Below are positions 13,684 through 26,416 of a stretch of 64,000 nucleotides of DNA, in pieces. Below the pieces are notes generated by a model that had not been told where the DNA came from, ran no database searches, and saw nothing but the letters and a program-made list of their open reading frames with translations. Numbering within the stretch: position 1 is the stretch's first letter; every line of letters begins with the position of its first letter. This DNA comes from Felis catus (Eukaryota). The position numbers and the translations under genes are program-made. The stretch lies in assembly GCF_018350175.1 (NCBI RefSeq), contig NC_058368.1, forward strand, positions 145,330,001 through 145,394,000, in the 5' to 3' direction.

Positions 13684-14949
13684 AACAGTGGCCTCACTCT
13701 TTAGTGACAAAAGCTTAAGTTTATACTTTCAGAAAAACATAGTCCCTCAACAACATTATTGGACCCCAAGTAGAATCCTTACTTCTTGCTTCTGAAGAGT
13801 TGAATATGGACTAAAGGAAACATTTACAAAATGAAAATTTGATCTAAAAAGAAATGTTGAATATTGAGAAATGCAAATTAAGGGATTGCAATTCAAGAAT
13901 TAAACATTGTTACTGATATTTTAATTGAGGAAGTTAGTGGAAACAGTTTCTGGTTCTACCCTGGTTTCATTTGGATATAGGTAGACTTACAGGATTGTTT
14001 CTCCTTACATTCTTCTCCCTTTGCCAGTTCCTTTCCCCGTTTATTTAGGATTAAATGAGACACTGCTACATGATGAGGCAATCAAGATGGCCATAACGTT
14101 TTATGACAAATTCTAAATTGATAGCAGGTCTTAATGCTTATACATTTCTGAGAAAGATAAGCAACTCTTTAAGGAAAATATGTCTGCTTTATATAAGTAC
14201 ATTGTTCGAGTCTGAGTTTGATTTGATTCTTAATATCTTTGAAGCCTAGAGATGTTTGGGACCCTAGAGGCAGTGTTTGAATCATAAACACAGTCAGGAA
14301 CTATAACAACAACAAAGTGCCATAGAGATTATTTAGTAATTATGTGTTGAAAACAAATGTCTTCAGGGGCCAAGCAGGCTGGGTATAAAAGGATTGGAAA
14401 GTAGGGGAATGGAGAATAAATCCTACCTAAAAGCATCCAGAATAGGGAAAGGTTGCTGAAAACTGTAAAACCAGAGGTACCTCTAAAGAGCTTGGTACTT
14501 CAGTCCTTGAAGTGCTGATCTTATAGGCTTGCAGAACCAAGGAACATACTAATACAAGTTTATCTTTGAGATTAGGGTTGTCTCATATCACTGTCATGTA
14601 ATAGCCTTCAGAGAAAACTTTTAAAATAATCTCTATGGTAGCTCAAGAACCTACAGTGGTTTCTTATTGCTCACTGTTTTAAATGGAATTTCTTCATAGA
14701 ATTTTGGAGTTATCTGTAAACTGCTTTCCTTCCTTTCCTCCCTCCCCCCCACTCCCCTACTGCCTGACCTTCCTATAGACTAAGTTCTCAGCTTCATGGT
14801 GGTCAAAGGAAAGAAAGAAGCATACCATTTCTCAGGAAAAACACAGCTTTCTTAGAGGTAAATATTTATTGACAGAAATGCAGGTTGTGATCTCAGATTT
14901 CAAAAATATGCTAAGAAACACTATGGTTAGTTTTCTAGACTTCGTTAAA

Positions 14950-15155
14950 ATTTTTTTTTCAAGTTTATTTATGTATTTTGAGAGGTAGGGGAGGGGAAGA
15001 GGCAAAAGGAGAGAGAGAGAGAGAGAGAGAGAGAATCCCAAGCAGACTCTGCACTGTCCGTGAAGAGCCCACTGCAGGGCTCAAACTCACCAGCTATGAG
15101 ATCATGACCTGAGCTGAAGTTTGATGCTTAACTGACTGAACGACCCAGGCACCTC
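14950..15155 (-). mobile_element. CanSINE
   Basis: (GA)n, gaatcccaagcag...gagatcatgacctgagctgaag. Confidence 0.93.
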
Positions 15156-15184
15156 AAGGCTTTGTTTACTTTTAACCCACTTCC

Positions 15185-15380
15185 TAGTGTTTCTTAATGG
15201 GGGCTCATCTGGCATTTTTATGGAGCTGCCTCATACCTTGTAGATGCTCTTTGTATCTGTTCCCTGAGCATTAAATTGCAATAGCAAACTACACACCCTC
15301 CTATTTGTGACAACTATGTTCTCACTCATTTCCAAACAACTTCTTTGAGAATGGTCCCTCCCAATGTTGGGAACCATTGG
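15185..15380. mobile_element. MER20-like hAT-Charlie MITE
   Basis: Termini tagtgtttcttaatggggg ... gttgggaaccattgg resemble hAT-Charlie TIRs; the interior resembles MER20. Confidence 0.55.
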
Positions 15381-15714
15381 ACCATATCAGCCTATGCTTT
15401 ACCCAATCTATGCACATGTATTGGCACTTTATTTTTAAAACTTAGCAAACTTTTCAGGCCCTTTGTTGAAGAGCTCTTCCATTTCTTTGACATGACTTTG
15501 TCTCTACTTGGTAAGCCCTCATTCATGTATCAAAATTCAATTCTTCAAGAACTGGATTCAAGTCTTCTAGACTCCTTCTTTTAGAGTCTTTGATTTTCCC
15601 AGGAAACATTTGACATTCCTTTCTATGAGGACACACACAGCAAAGTGCTGGGATATTGCAGGTGCCAGGTGAATGAGTGAAAGCTTGTGGAAGTAAGAAG
15701 GTATGCTAATCTAG

Positions 15715-15914
15715 TTTTTTGTTTTATTTTGGGAGAGAGAGAGCCCATGCAAGTGGGGGAGAGGCAGAGAGAGAGGGAGTAAGAGAGAATCTCAAGCAGG
15801 CTCTGCAGTGTTAACACAGAGCTTCACATGGGGTCAAACTCATGAACCTTCCGTGAGATCATGACCCAAGACAAAATTGATAGATGCTTAACCAACTGAG
15901 CCACATAGTGCCCC
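15715..15914 (-). mobile_element. CanSINE (tandem cluster, copy 1)
   Basis: Core motifs; flanked by tctagttttt. Confidence 0.92.
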
Positions 15915-15919
15915 TCTAG

Positions 15920-16144
15920 TTTTTTTTATTTTTATTTTTTTTTAATTATTTTGAGAGAAAGAGCGTTTGAATGAGCATGCGTGAGCGGGGGCGGGGCAGA
16001 CAGAGAGAGGTAGAGAGAGAATCCCAAGCAAGCTCCACACTGTCTAGTAGCCCATGCAGGGCTCCATCTCACTAAGTGTGAGATCATGATCTGAGCCGAA
16101 ATCAAGAGTTGGTCATTTAATTGACTGAGCCACCCAGCTACCCC
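15920..16144 (-). mobile_element. CanSINE (tandem cluster, copy 2)
   Basis: Core motifs; flanked by tctagttttt. Confidence 0.92.
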
Positions 16145-16218
16145 ATCTAGTTTTTAATGAAGACTTTGTGAAGAAAAAGGGAATATTTCTTTCATTAAAA
16201 AATGTTGAACACTAATTC

Positions 16219-16369
16219 TTTTCTTTTTAAGAGAGAGAGAATCCCAAATAGACTCAATGCTCACTGTGGAGCCCCACATGGAGCTCCATCCCGTGACACT
16301 GGGATCATGACCTGAATGGAAAGAAATCAAGAGTCAGATGCTCAACCAATTGAGCCACACAGGTGCCCC
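16219..16369 (-). mobile_element. Short CanSINE (cluster copy 3)
   Basis: gaatccca...gggatcatgacctga...tgagccacacaggtgcccc; TSD-like cactaattctttt / caccaattatttt. Confidence 0.9.
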
Positions 16370-17033
16370 ACCAATTATTTTTTTAATGGCACTTGGTAGT
16401 ATATTTTAAAAATATATGGCTTTATCATCTATTTTCAGAATAGCAGAGTCTGTAGTTTCTGATACAGACTTTTTCTGTATCTTCTTATTTGTGGAATAAC
16501 TTTGGTCAAACTCATATACCATTAGTTCCTGGTTCTGGCCTAATTAGCATACATGCAGACAAGTTAGTCTCTACAAGTCCCACTCAGTATTCAAAAGCAC
16601 AAAGAGCTCAAATCATCACCAATGGTGGATCAATTTCTCTTGTGTGCTTACAGAAAAGTCTTGTTTTATATAAAAATATGATAATCTTATAAAATGACAC
16701 TGGTATCAGAAAGATTAGATGTCATATAAATCTGTTGTTTGAACGGGAAAAGACCAATTGGTGAATAAACTTGAAAGTAGAAGAAGGGTACAATAGGTAG
16801 AGATATATAAAATAAATTCATTTAAATTTTTAATTTTCTTTTCTTCATTGCAACTTTTATTTGTTTACAGTGTGCCTGACTGTGTTATAGGTGCTAAGAT
16901 GCAAACTTGTAAGTCAGAAATTTTCAGATGTTTAGACATTGCTCTATCGACTTTTGGTGTTCCTTGCTGTGGAGGAGATGGCTGAGGCTACTTTAATTTT
17001 GTTCCTGTGTAGATAAACTCTTTTTTCCACATC

Positions 17034-17279
17034 TTTGTTTTATTTATTTATTTATTTATTTAGTTAGTTAGTTATTTTAATGTTTATTTATTTTTGAGAG
17101 ACAGAGACAGAATGTGAGTGGGTTCGGGGCAGAGAGAGAGGGAGACACAGAATCCTAAGCAGGCTCCAGGCTCTGAGCTGTCAGCACAGAACCCGACGCG
17201 GGGCTCGAACCCACGAGTTGTGAGATCATGACCTGAGCCAAAGTCGGAAGCTGAACTGACTGAGGCCCCCAGGTGCCCC
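17034..17279 (-). mobile_element. SINEC_Fc-like (young, CpG-retaining)
   Basis: caggctccaggctctgagctgtcagcacagaacccgacgcggggctcgaac. Confidence 0.95.
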
Positions 17280-17870
17280 TCCTTTTTATTTTTTTTAAAT
17301 AAGATATTCCACTCTGCTACCTCTAGGCATAGATATTTCCCCCCAACAGTTTTCTCAGAAACACAGTGAATCCTCTCAATTTATAAAAGTAAATATGTTT
17401 GATTTTTTTTTTTTCTAGCTCAGGAGTAATTTTTCAGTGGTATGTTTGCCGATGATTTCAGTTCAGAAATGCCAGTTATTTGTAGGTTGGATTTGTGGTC
17501 TTTGTCCTCTAATCTATCAATATGCTTTGTTTACATCTTGGTCCTTTTCCTTCTGTGTTAGGAGATCAACTCACATGTATATGTTAAAATACTAATTAGA
17601 TTTTTTCCAGCTTCTGTACTGCTCTGAATTGCCTCTCATATAGAATTTAAATCTCTACTATTATTATATATTTGAACTCCCAGTTTTTTTCTTATCCACT
17701 TTCTTTTACACTCTCAGCTATTGTTCCCCTCCCTCATCTCTTGCTTTTGGAGGCTGTATTTTTCTTTTCCCTTTTTCTTTTTCAATTGGGAATGTAAAGT
17801 AGATAATTTCCAAGTTTTTCTCCTGATTCCCATGTAAGCCCAACACAGAAGCAAGCTTTCTCTCTTCCTC

Positions 17871-18104
17871 TTTTTTTTTTTTTAACAATCATCTTGATTA
17901 TTTAAAATGTTTTTATTTTATTTCTGAGACACAGAGAGACAGAGTATGAGTGGGGCAGGGGCGGAGACAGAGAGACAGACTGAAGCAGGCTCCAGGCTCT
18001 GAGCTGTCAGCACAGAGCCTGATGTGGGGCTCAAACCCACGAATTGTGAGATCATGACCTGAGCTGAAGTCAGATGCTTAACTGACTGAACCACTCAGGT
18101 GCCC
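17871..18104 (-). mobile_element. SINEC_Fc-like
   Basis: Core motifs; TSD-like tctctcttcctcttt / tctctctttctcttt. Confidence 0.93.
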
Positions 18105-20177
18105 TTCTCTCTTTCTCTTTATGGCAGTGTTCTTTTTTCTTACGGTGCAAGAGCATCACCTTGGTCCCATACTGTTATTGATTTTTTTGATTTTCTTACC
18201 TTGACAGAAGAGGGACTAGTGTAGGGACTGTCTGACTCTGGTCAGAGTGAGCAAACTCTCTGCACCACTCTCCCTACATCTAGGTAAGGCAGCTCTTCCT
18301 CTACATGTGAGGTAGGAGAGTGTTCAAAGATACAGTCAAATTAATGAATGACAGATCTTTGTGTACTCAGAAGAGGCCTTCCTTTCCTACTCTTTCATTT
18401 TTCTGTCCTGTGTGTATAACAAGGGGGGTGATTTTGTGTGATTTGAAATGGTTTACTGTTTTTTGAGTTTTTGCAGAGGAAGTGATAGTGGTAAGGTCGC
18501 ACTCTTCTGAGTGCTCCTCCTGTCCCCACAGCTACCTAGGGCTGACTTTACACCGTAGCATGCAGTGCTCCACTTGGCTTTACCTTCCCGCTCTGGTCAT
18601 GAGCATTATATTGTTGAGAGAAAACTGCCTTGAGAGAGAATCACTAATGGGCTTGGAAACCAGTAGTGGAGGAGGCACCTCACGCTCTCTTTTTTTTTGA
18701 GGAAATACAGAATGAGGTAGAGTGAGATGCTTTTTTATATTCTTCCTAACTGGACTTCCTGCTGCTAGAGGCCACAGCCAGCATCAGATACCGATTAACA
18801 TCCTTCAGTTACATTCCAGGTATAATGTTGTATCCTGTTTGAACTTTATTTGGGATACATATTTTAGTGGGATGGCAGGAGGGGAGTGCTGGGCTCACTG
18901 GTCAGTGACTGAACCAAACTTTCTCCCTTTTGCTGCTTCCCCATGCTATTTATTGGATTACCAGGGCTATCCCTGCTGTGCTCCAGCCAGGCTGTCAAAT
19001 GCCTTGAAATCCAGGTCATTCGCTAGCCATATCAAAACAATCCATCTTTTGTCTCAATTTCCTAACATACTTCTTCCTGGAAACTATCTCTGGTGCTAAC
19101 TACAAATGTGTGTTTGGGGGCCTTCAGAATCAGGTAATCTCCCTGATCTGGGCCTTAGATTCCACATTTAAATTTGTACCCTGACTGCTTCTTTGCTCTC
19201 TGAAATTTGAGGACCACTGCCCAAGAGCCTTGGTAGGTAAGTGATTAGCTAAATGAATTCAAACCAAATTTTTATGATGGTATTGGGTTCAGTTTAACAC
19301 CCCTATCTAGTAATTACATGTATTTTTTGTTTGGTTTGTTTGTTTTGTTTTTGGAAAGAGTCTAAATCTAAATCTAAATTTATAATAATGTGGTATTGCT
19401 GCAGGGAGGGACAAATACAGAGGAGGTTTCCTAGTATTAGTTAAAAATTATCTTTAATGTTTAAAGGTATTCATGGTATATTCTGTTATAATCACATTTT
19501 TTGTAAATGATCTTGAGTTCTGGGGAAACTTAGTTATATTTCTTTAAGTGTTTTAGTCTCACTTTGATTCTAATGTACATTGATTTATAGGTTCATCAAA
19601 AGAAATGTCTTTGACATAAACTAAAACTAAAATAAAATAAATTAAAACCAATCAGTTCCCCGCACATTAGATTAAAAAGCACATGAAAAAAGTGGAGAAT
19701 GGTAGTGAAAAAAATTGTTTCTAACTAAAAAGGATCATTTGAGCAATGATTATATGCAGTATTAGAATTCACAGGGGCTGTTTTTCTGAAAAGATATTTA
19801 ATAGCAGCAGAATAAGCTTCTTCACACTGTCTAGTCTTAGGGCTAACCTCTAGTTTAGAAAGACTGCTTTCACTTGATGGGGAGAAAAATTATTCTACCT
19901 TCCCAATCTTTAGCCTCTGCTGAAGCAGTTAAAAAAAAAGGTTTTGATTATTTGAGCTTAAAAAAAAAATCAAATAGCTTTCCAGCAGGAGTAAGACTCC
20001 AGCAAAATAGATGTATTAACAACCTACATTTTATGGCATGAAAGAGCTCTGACTCCCTTCTAACTTTTATTTATAATAAGAAATGAGAGGTTCATTGTTT
20101 AGGATGAGATGAGAATTGGAATTAGTCTTTTTACTGAGAGAGAGTTCACTTGTGTTCTGTTGTCACCTCTAGTCTGA

Positions 20178-20407
20178 ATTTATTTATTTATTTATCTTTT
20201 TAATTTTTTAAAAACATTTATTTATTCTTGAGAGACAGAGCGCGAGTGGGGGAGGGACAGAGAGAGAGGGAGACACAGAATCTGAAGCAGGCTCCAGGCT
20301 CTGAGCTGTCAGCACAGAGCCTGATGCGTGGCCTGAACCCACAAACTGTGAGATCATGGCCTGAGCCGAACTCGGATGCTTAACCGTCTGAGCCACCCAA
20401 GCGCCCC
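20178..20407 (-). mobile_element. SINEC_Fc-like
   Basis: Core motifs; TSD agtctgaatttattt. Confidence 0.95.
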
Positions 20408-21309
20408 AAGTCTGAATTTATTTTTAAGCTTACGCCTGGAAACCGAGGAAGTTCACATGTCTAAGGTTTTATATTTGCAAAATAAATTCTTGCCATTTTT
20501 GCTTACTAAGCTGCAGTTGTGGTTATTTCCATTTTTGGCCGTAATTTTAGGCATCTCATAGTAGGAAGTTCTAATATTCTCATTTCTGCCTCTACTAGTC
20601 TATAAACTTGGTAGAGACCAGTGTATTACAGCTTGAAAAGTGTATATAAAAATGTTGATTGTATTATGTTTTCATTTTTAGAAAGTTGAAATATTCTTAC
20701 TTGAGCAAAGAGACAATAATTATTCAGTGATATTTCATTATGATATAATGATTGAAATTGAGATGGATATCATTTCAATATAATATAGTTCTTAATTTTG
20801 TAATCAAGCCATAAGTGTATGTATTATTATATGTAACATCCTTCAGCAAAGCCCAGTCCCTAATTTTAAAAGTATTCAACCAAATATTAATTGGTGCTTT
20901 GATGTGCTGTCATCTTGCTACTGGCACAGAGCTGTTAATTAGATAAACTACGGCTATTGAGTGAAATTTTATGTTTCAACTAACATTTTGAATAGTTAGG
21001 TAAACCTCAAGTAACCCGGGGTGGGGGGGGGGCTTAGGGAATGGAGTGTTTTTGCTTTAGTTCAATTTTGTTGTTAAATAAGGGTTTGTTTGGAATTTAT
21101 AAAATATGCCAAAATATATTAGTATTTTTTTAAATGAATTACATTCAATTTTTGTTTGATTTAGTATCTCAATATATGTCAGGGTCATTATATAGTTAAA
21201 AAAAAACCCTAATTTTCTGACTGCTCCTTTTTGGTCTCCCTATTCTAGTTCTGTATCCTCTCTCTGAGTGATCATATGTGTTCTCTTATTTATGTAATGT
21301 TGATTTACA

Positions 21310-22000
21310 ATCAGTATTTCTGGCCCAGATCTCTCTTTCCTTCTGAATTCCAGATCCATCTCCAAATGCCTGCTAGATTCCCTTCACGTGGTTATTCCAC
21401 AGGCTTTTTAAACTCAAGCTCAGTGTGGTTAAATTAAGCCCATCTCAGTCCCCAAACCTGCTCTTGATCAGTGCACCACTACCTAGGGTGAAGAGCTGGG
21501 AATCTCTCTTAAATCTTTTCTCTCATCTATCCCTCACACATGAAGATCACCAGTTGTAATGAGTATACCAGCAAAATGTCTTTTGAATCTCTCCCTCTTC
21601 TACCCTACCTCCAGTGTTTGGCTCTGTTTAGCATCATTTTGTCTTTCCTGGATTATTGCTAGAGACTATCAACTGGTCTTCATTTAGTCAGGCAAAGCCT
21701 GTAGTCCCTCCTGGAAGCCAGAATGCAAATATGATCAGATTCCCCCCACTTTCAACACCCTTTTGAGCCGTCAGGGTACCAGGCTCTTCTGTCTTCATCA
21801 GCAGTAGTTCTCTCAGTACCTCTCTTCTACCTCTGTATTTCAGTTAAGCAAGAGTTCTTCGATTACCAGACCTTCCCTTACATTCAGATTTTTGTGCATC
21901 CTGTTCCTTTGCCTCCCTCCTTTGCTAAGTTGGCTTCCGTTCTTCCTTTTAGTGTCTTCTTTCTTAGGTATCACTTTCTCAACTCTTGTATGCACTGAAG
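21310..22000 (+). mobile_element. Decayed L2 fragment
   Basis: gcccagatctctct...gaattccagatccatctccaaatgcctgctaga...ctcaagctcagtgtg. Confidence 0.6.
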
Positions 22001-23062
22001 CTCCTTAACCGGGATTTGGTATGTAACCCGGAGATCTCTCATCCATACCTGAAACATTTGATGACTGCCTCAGTAGAAGTACTGAGTACTGGTACTTTAT
22101 TGTCTCTTATGTACTTCCATTCCTGTACTTGCTGCTTTCTTTTCCCAAACCTATTCTCCCACTGTTTTCTTACCCTCTCAGATTTTCCATTGTGATTTCA
22201 GGAGTACACATCTGCAATAAACAAACATATAAATCCTAAACCCATTATTGTCTTTACTACATTCTGTGAAGTAAATTAAGTATTCCCAGAAAAAGAATTT
22301 TATGGTTAAAAGCATCAGGAAACCCCAAGTTAGTAGTTTCCCCACCACAGTGTGTATTGTGAATTTCTAGGGTGGGGGTGCCGAGTGGATGTAGTGTGGA
22401 TCAGTTTTCACACTTACATATCACATGACGTTAACATCTTCACAGGTCATTGCTTCCACTAACTAGTTTTAAAGGAAACTTGGCTTTGAAACAAAGAACA
22501 ACAAACAAAAACTGAAGTTCTTTGAGTGGAAGCTGCTGCTTCCTCCACCCTATAAATTTCAGGGTATGGAGACTGCTGGTAGCCTCCACTACCTACCCCA
22601 GAGCCAATTTTAGGTCACTGCTTCTCTAGCCTCTTGTCAATATCCTTGCTCCTTTGAGGTTCCTTGGAAGCTCTTTTTGAGGACTTTCGTATCCTATGAA
22701 ATTCAGCTCCACCAGACATAGCAAGCTAGGTTTTTTGTTTGTTTTTGTTTTTTTCCTTACATACTGTCCCTACTGGCTACTTTTACCACCATCTTGAGGA
22801 GGAATCCAAGGCTGTGTTCTAACTCATCAGGATCACATGTATGTTTATTAGTGCTTATTCTTGATGAACTCAGGATTATACACCATGTATCACTTATCAT
22901 CTCTGTGCTCTTCCATTTCCTACCATTTGTCCCTTGTCATTTACAAATTTTTCATTTCATCTTCCACCTTATTTAAAGAGCTCTCCACCCCCACCAGCTC
23001 TCCAAATAATTCTAAGTAACTTCAGTATCCATGTGGAAAACAGCAAACATAAGCCTCATAGT

Positions 23063-23276
23063 TTTCTTTTTTTTAATGTTTATTTATTTATTTTGAGAGA
23101 GTGAGAGAAAGAGAGAGAGAGAGAGCGAGCATGCAGGGGAGGGACAGAGAGAGAAGGAGAGAGAGAATCCCAAGCAGGCTCTGTGCTGTCAGCATAGAGC
23201 CCGACCTCACAGAGTCATGACCTGAGCCAAAATCAAGAGTTGGATGCATAACCAACTGAGCCACCCAGGCACTTCA
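23063..23276 (-). mobile_element. CanSINE
   Basis: Core motifs; TSD-like aagcctcata / aagtctcata. Confidence 0.93.
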
Positions 23277-24293
23277 AGTCTCATAATTATCTAAACTTAC
23301 TGAGATCCAGTGACCTTCTTCTCTAAGTTACTTTATATACTTGGTAAGCTCTCCTGAAGTTCTAAAGTCTCATAGTCTTCCTAGGCTTCCTTTCTTTCCT
23401 TTCACTATGGTTGTTGTTAGCCCTTTTTGTATTTAATACTCTTTGATACTACCATATTTTCATAGCCCCTTCAGTCTTCTTTTGGTATGTTTCCTACCTA
23501 AACTCTGAACTATTCTCACTAGCATATTCTATTCCTTCTTCTATATGTATCCATACACTGAATCCACCCAGCAAAACCTTAGCTTTGCATGTGTGCCCAA
23601 TGCAGCTCCCTGCTGGTTCCCATGTGTGGTGAACTGATTATTGCTGAAGGTAATCACAACCACCTTGTAGTCCAAACTCTTGCATGGCACACAAACCTCC
23701 CTTCAAGAAGTTTAGAACTCTTCCATCTTGTATCTTTGAGGCCTTCACTCTGTCTTTCAGCTCCAGTAGAGGGCAGCCAAGTTTAATTTGCATATGACTA
23801 GACTATCTCTATCTCCCTATACCTTCTATACTTCCTGCATCATGTTTCTGAGATCAGTCTTAGTGTTCTCTACACCCTAACTTGCCTTTGTTCATACCAT
23901 TTTTCCTGCTTAGACTACTGTTCTAACCCTTGTGCTTCACCCACTGACAATCTGCTCTACAAAAACTCTTATATACCTTAAAGATTCATCTTCACGCCCA
24001 CCCACACACCCTCCCACACTATCCCCTCTTTATAAGGGACTCCATCATTTGTGTGTACTTTAAATAGAAGTCCTGTTTTCCAGTGCTGTCAGAATTAAGA
24101 GTTGAGCAATTAATTGAAGACGTTGATTAAAGCTAGAGTTAAAATACTTAAGAAAAATACTTAGAACAGAAATACATTCATTTGCCAGTTGTCTCATGTA
24201 TGACTAAGGGATTTTCTTTGAGTATGGGTAATTGGTTGGAATTCATTCTTCCTTCACGAATTTGGAACCCAGAATGCATCCTCTATATTTCCA

Positions 24294-24484
24294 TTTTTTT
24301 TTCTTTTCAGCACAAGCAGGGGAGAGGGGGAGAGAGAGAGAGAGAGAGAGAGAGGGAGAATTTTAAGCAGGCTCCAAGCTCAGTGCAGAGCCCAGTGCAG
24401 GGCTCAATCCTGCAACCCTGGGATCATGACCTGAGCTGAAATCAAGAGTTGGATGCTCAACCGACTGAGCCACCCAGGAGCCCC
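24294..24484 (-). mobile_element. CanSINE
   Basis: (GA)n, gggatcatgacctgagctgaaatcaagagttggatgctcaaccgactgagccacccagg. Confidence 0.92.
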
Positions 24485-25149
24485 TCCAATTTTGGTTTAA
24501 AAGAAAGAATTCAAGCCATTCATGTAGCAATCTGAGCATGGAATCCTAGATTTGTATGGTTTTCCTCCCACCATTTTTTTTGGTTTTTCCCCCACCGATT
24601 TTTTCAGTTACATTGTCCATACCTACTTCAATGATAGTTTCTTTTTCTTATGGAGACTTAGTGTTATAAAGTCTTTCTGAGACATTAAATCATAGAAATA
24701 AGAGTTATTATTTTTTTAACTTATATTTTATTGGTTTGGTTTGTGGAGTATTTAATTAAAGTAGTATTTATAATATACACATGTGGTTTGTTAACATAAA
24801 CTCAGCTGATGGGAAGGAGGTGCTTCATGATCAGAATGTTGTAGACACCAGTCAGTGTTTTACTGAGGGGATGGATACTATTTTGATTAACCTGGCAAGT
24901 TGGTTGAATGGAAGTTGGTTAAGGGAGTTTCTACTGTAATGATTTTTATTGCTTATCTCCCTTTATTACAGTGTGAGATCATACAAGGCAGGGGCTGTAT
25001 ATATACATATTTTTCATTTTGTATATCTAACCTTCACCACACACAGTACCTACTATAGATATTAAGTACATATTTGTTGTATGAGTGAACAAATGCTTGT
25101 ATAGGTCATACTAAATTTGAATAATCAGAAAGAATACTGCACTGAGAAT

Positions 25150-25350
25150 CAGCTAGTATAGACAGATCATTGGCCCTGGAGCCGTCCTGGGGTTTGAATC
25201 CTTTCTCATTTGCATTTCTTGAGCAGGTTACTTTCTCCTTTTCATTTGGGGAATGAGGATAACAATAGTCTTTGGGTTGTGTGAGGGTTAAATGGGAATT
25301 TAAAGTATTTAGCATTGTGCTTGACAAAGTAAGCAGTCAACAAGTGCTAA
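25150..25350 (+). mobile_element. MIR
   Basis: ctggggtttgaatcc...gttgtgtgagggttaaatg...tttagcattgtgcttgacaaagtaag. Confidence 0.7.
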
Positions 25351-25866
25351 TTTTCTTGATGGTGCTTTTCACCAAAGAGGAGACCATGGGAATTCACTTG
25401 GTCTAATTTTTCTCATTAAGGGACTTGAATTACATAATGTATCAGTTTCTTTCTAGCTTTAAAATTCTCTTTTTATAAATACTTTATGTTTTGGACATAC
25501 TTATGTAACAAATATGTGGCTATTCCTTGATTTGTCACATTTGTAGATTCTATAAAGTAGGTAATTACTAAGGTGATCCTAACTTTACACCTTGAAGAAC
25601 TAATACTTTCAGGCTTTAGAACATCATTTGTTAGAGAGGTGAACTCTAATAAGTGTGAAGAACAGCTCAGCTCTACTAAGCACTGCCATGCTATCTACGT
25701 AAGGGCTAAGTAAGGTAGGAAGTAGAGAAGGAAGCTCTGAAGAGATTGTTTGGAAACATTAGCTTAGAAGAAGTGAGATAAAATTAAGCTCTGGAAACTA
25801 AATTTATGGACAGATTAACTTTTTGAACCCTAGATACACATTTGTTATAAATTTAGGTTAAATAAA

Positions 25867-26074
25867 TTTTTTTTAATGTTTATTTTTGAAATAGAGCACA
25901 AGTGGGGGAGTGGCAGAGAGAGAGGGAGACACAGAATCCAAAGCAGGCTCCAGGCTCTGAGGTGTCAACACAAAGCCTGATACCCGGCTGGAACTCATGA
26001 ACCTGAGAGATCATGACCTGAGCTGAAGTTGGACGCTTTTGGATGCATAACCAACTGAGCCACCCAGACGCCCC
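25867..26074 (-). mobile_element. SINEC_Fc-like
   Basis: Core motifs; TSD-like ataaatttaggtt / ataaatctaggtt. Confidence 0.94.
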
Positions 26075-26308
26075 ATAAATCTAGGTTTTCAGTTTTCATG
26101 TTGATCACATTTTCTTCCTGATTAAAAAATGGTGATAGACTGAGAAAGATGGAAATGTGACACTTTTTTGGAATGTCTCTGAGAATATTTTCCGTTCAGT
26201 GTCCCAAATTTTGGTTTGAAGAAATAAGTGATTTAGCAGAATTACTTTTAACATTCATTCCACAGCTGATGCTTATACTTAGTTTTTATATTGCAGTTAT
26301 CATTTAGT

Positions 26309-26416
26309 ATGGAAGAAGATGAGTTCTTTGGAGAAAAAACATTCCAGCATTGTTGTGCAGAGTTCATTAGACATTCACAGCAGATAGGTGATGGCTGGGA
26401 ATGGAGAACTTTGAAG
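26309..26416 (+). CDS. ATG10: ATG10 (ubiquitin-like-conjugating enzyme, autophagy related 10), first canonical coding exon; exon spans 26297-26416
   Basis: Translates to [36 protein letters not shown], matching the mammalian ATG10 N-terminus as I recall it. Acceptor tttttatattgcag| at 26296, branch-like CTGAT at 26266-26270, Kozak agtATGg, donor AAG|GTAAGA in phase 0 (36 codons). Confidence 0.95.
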
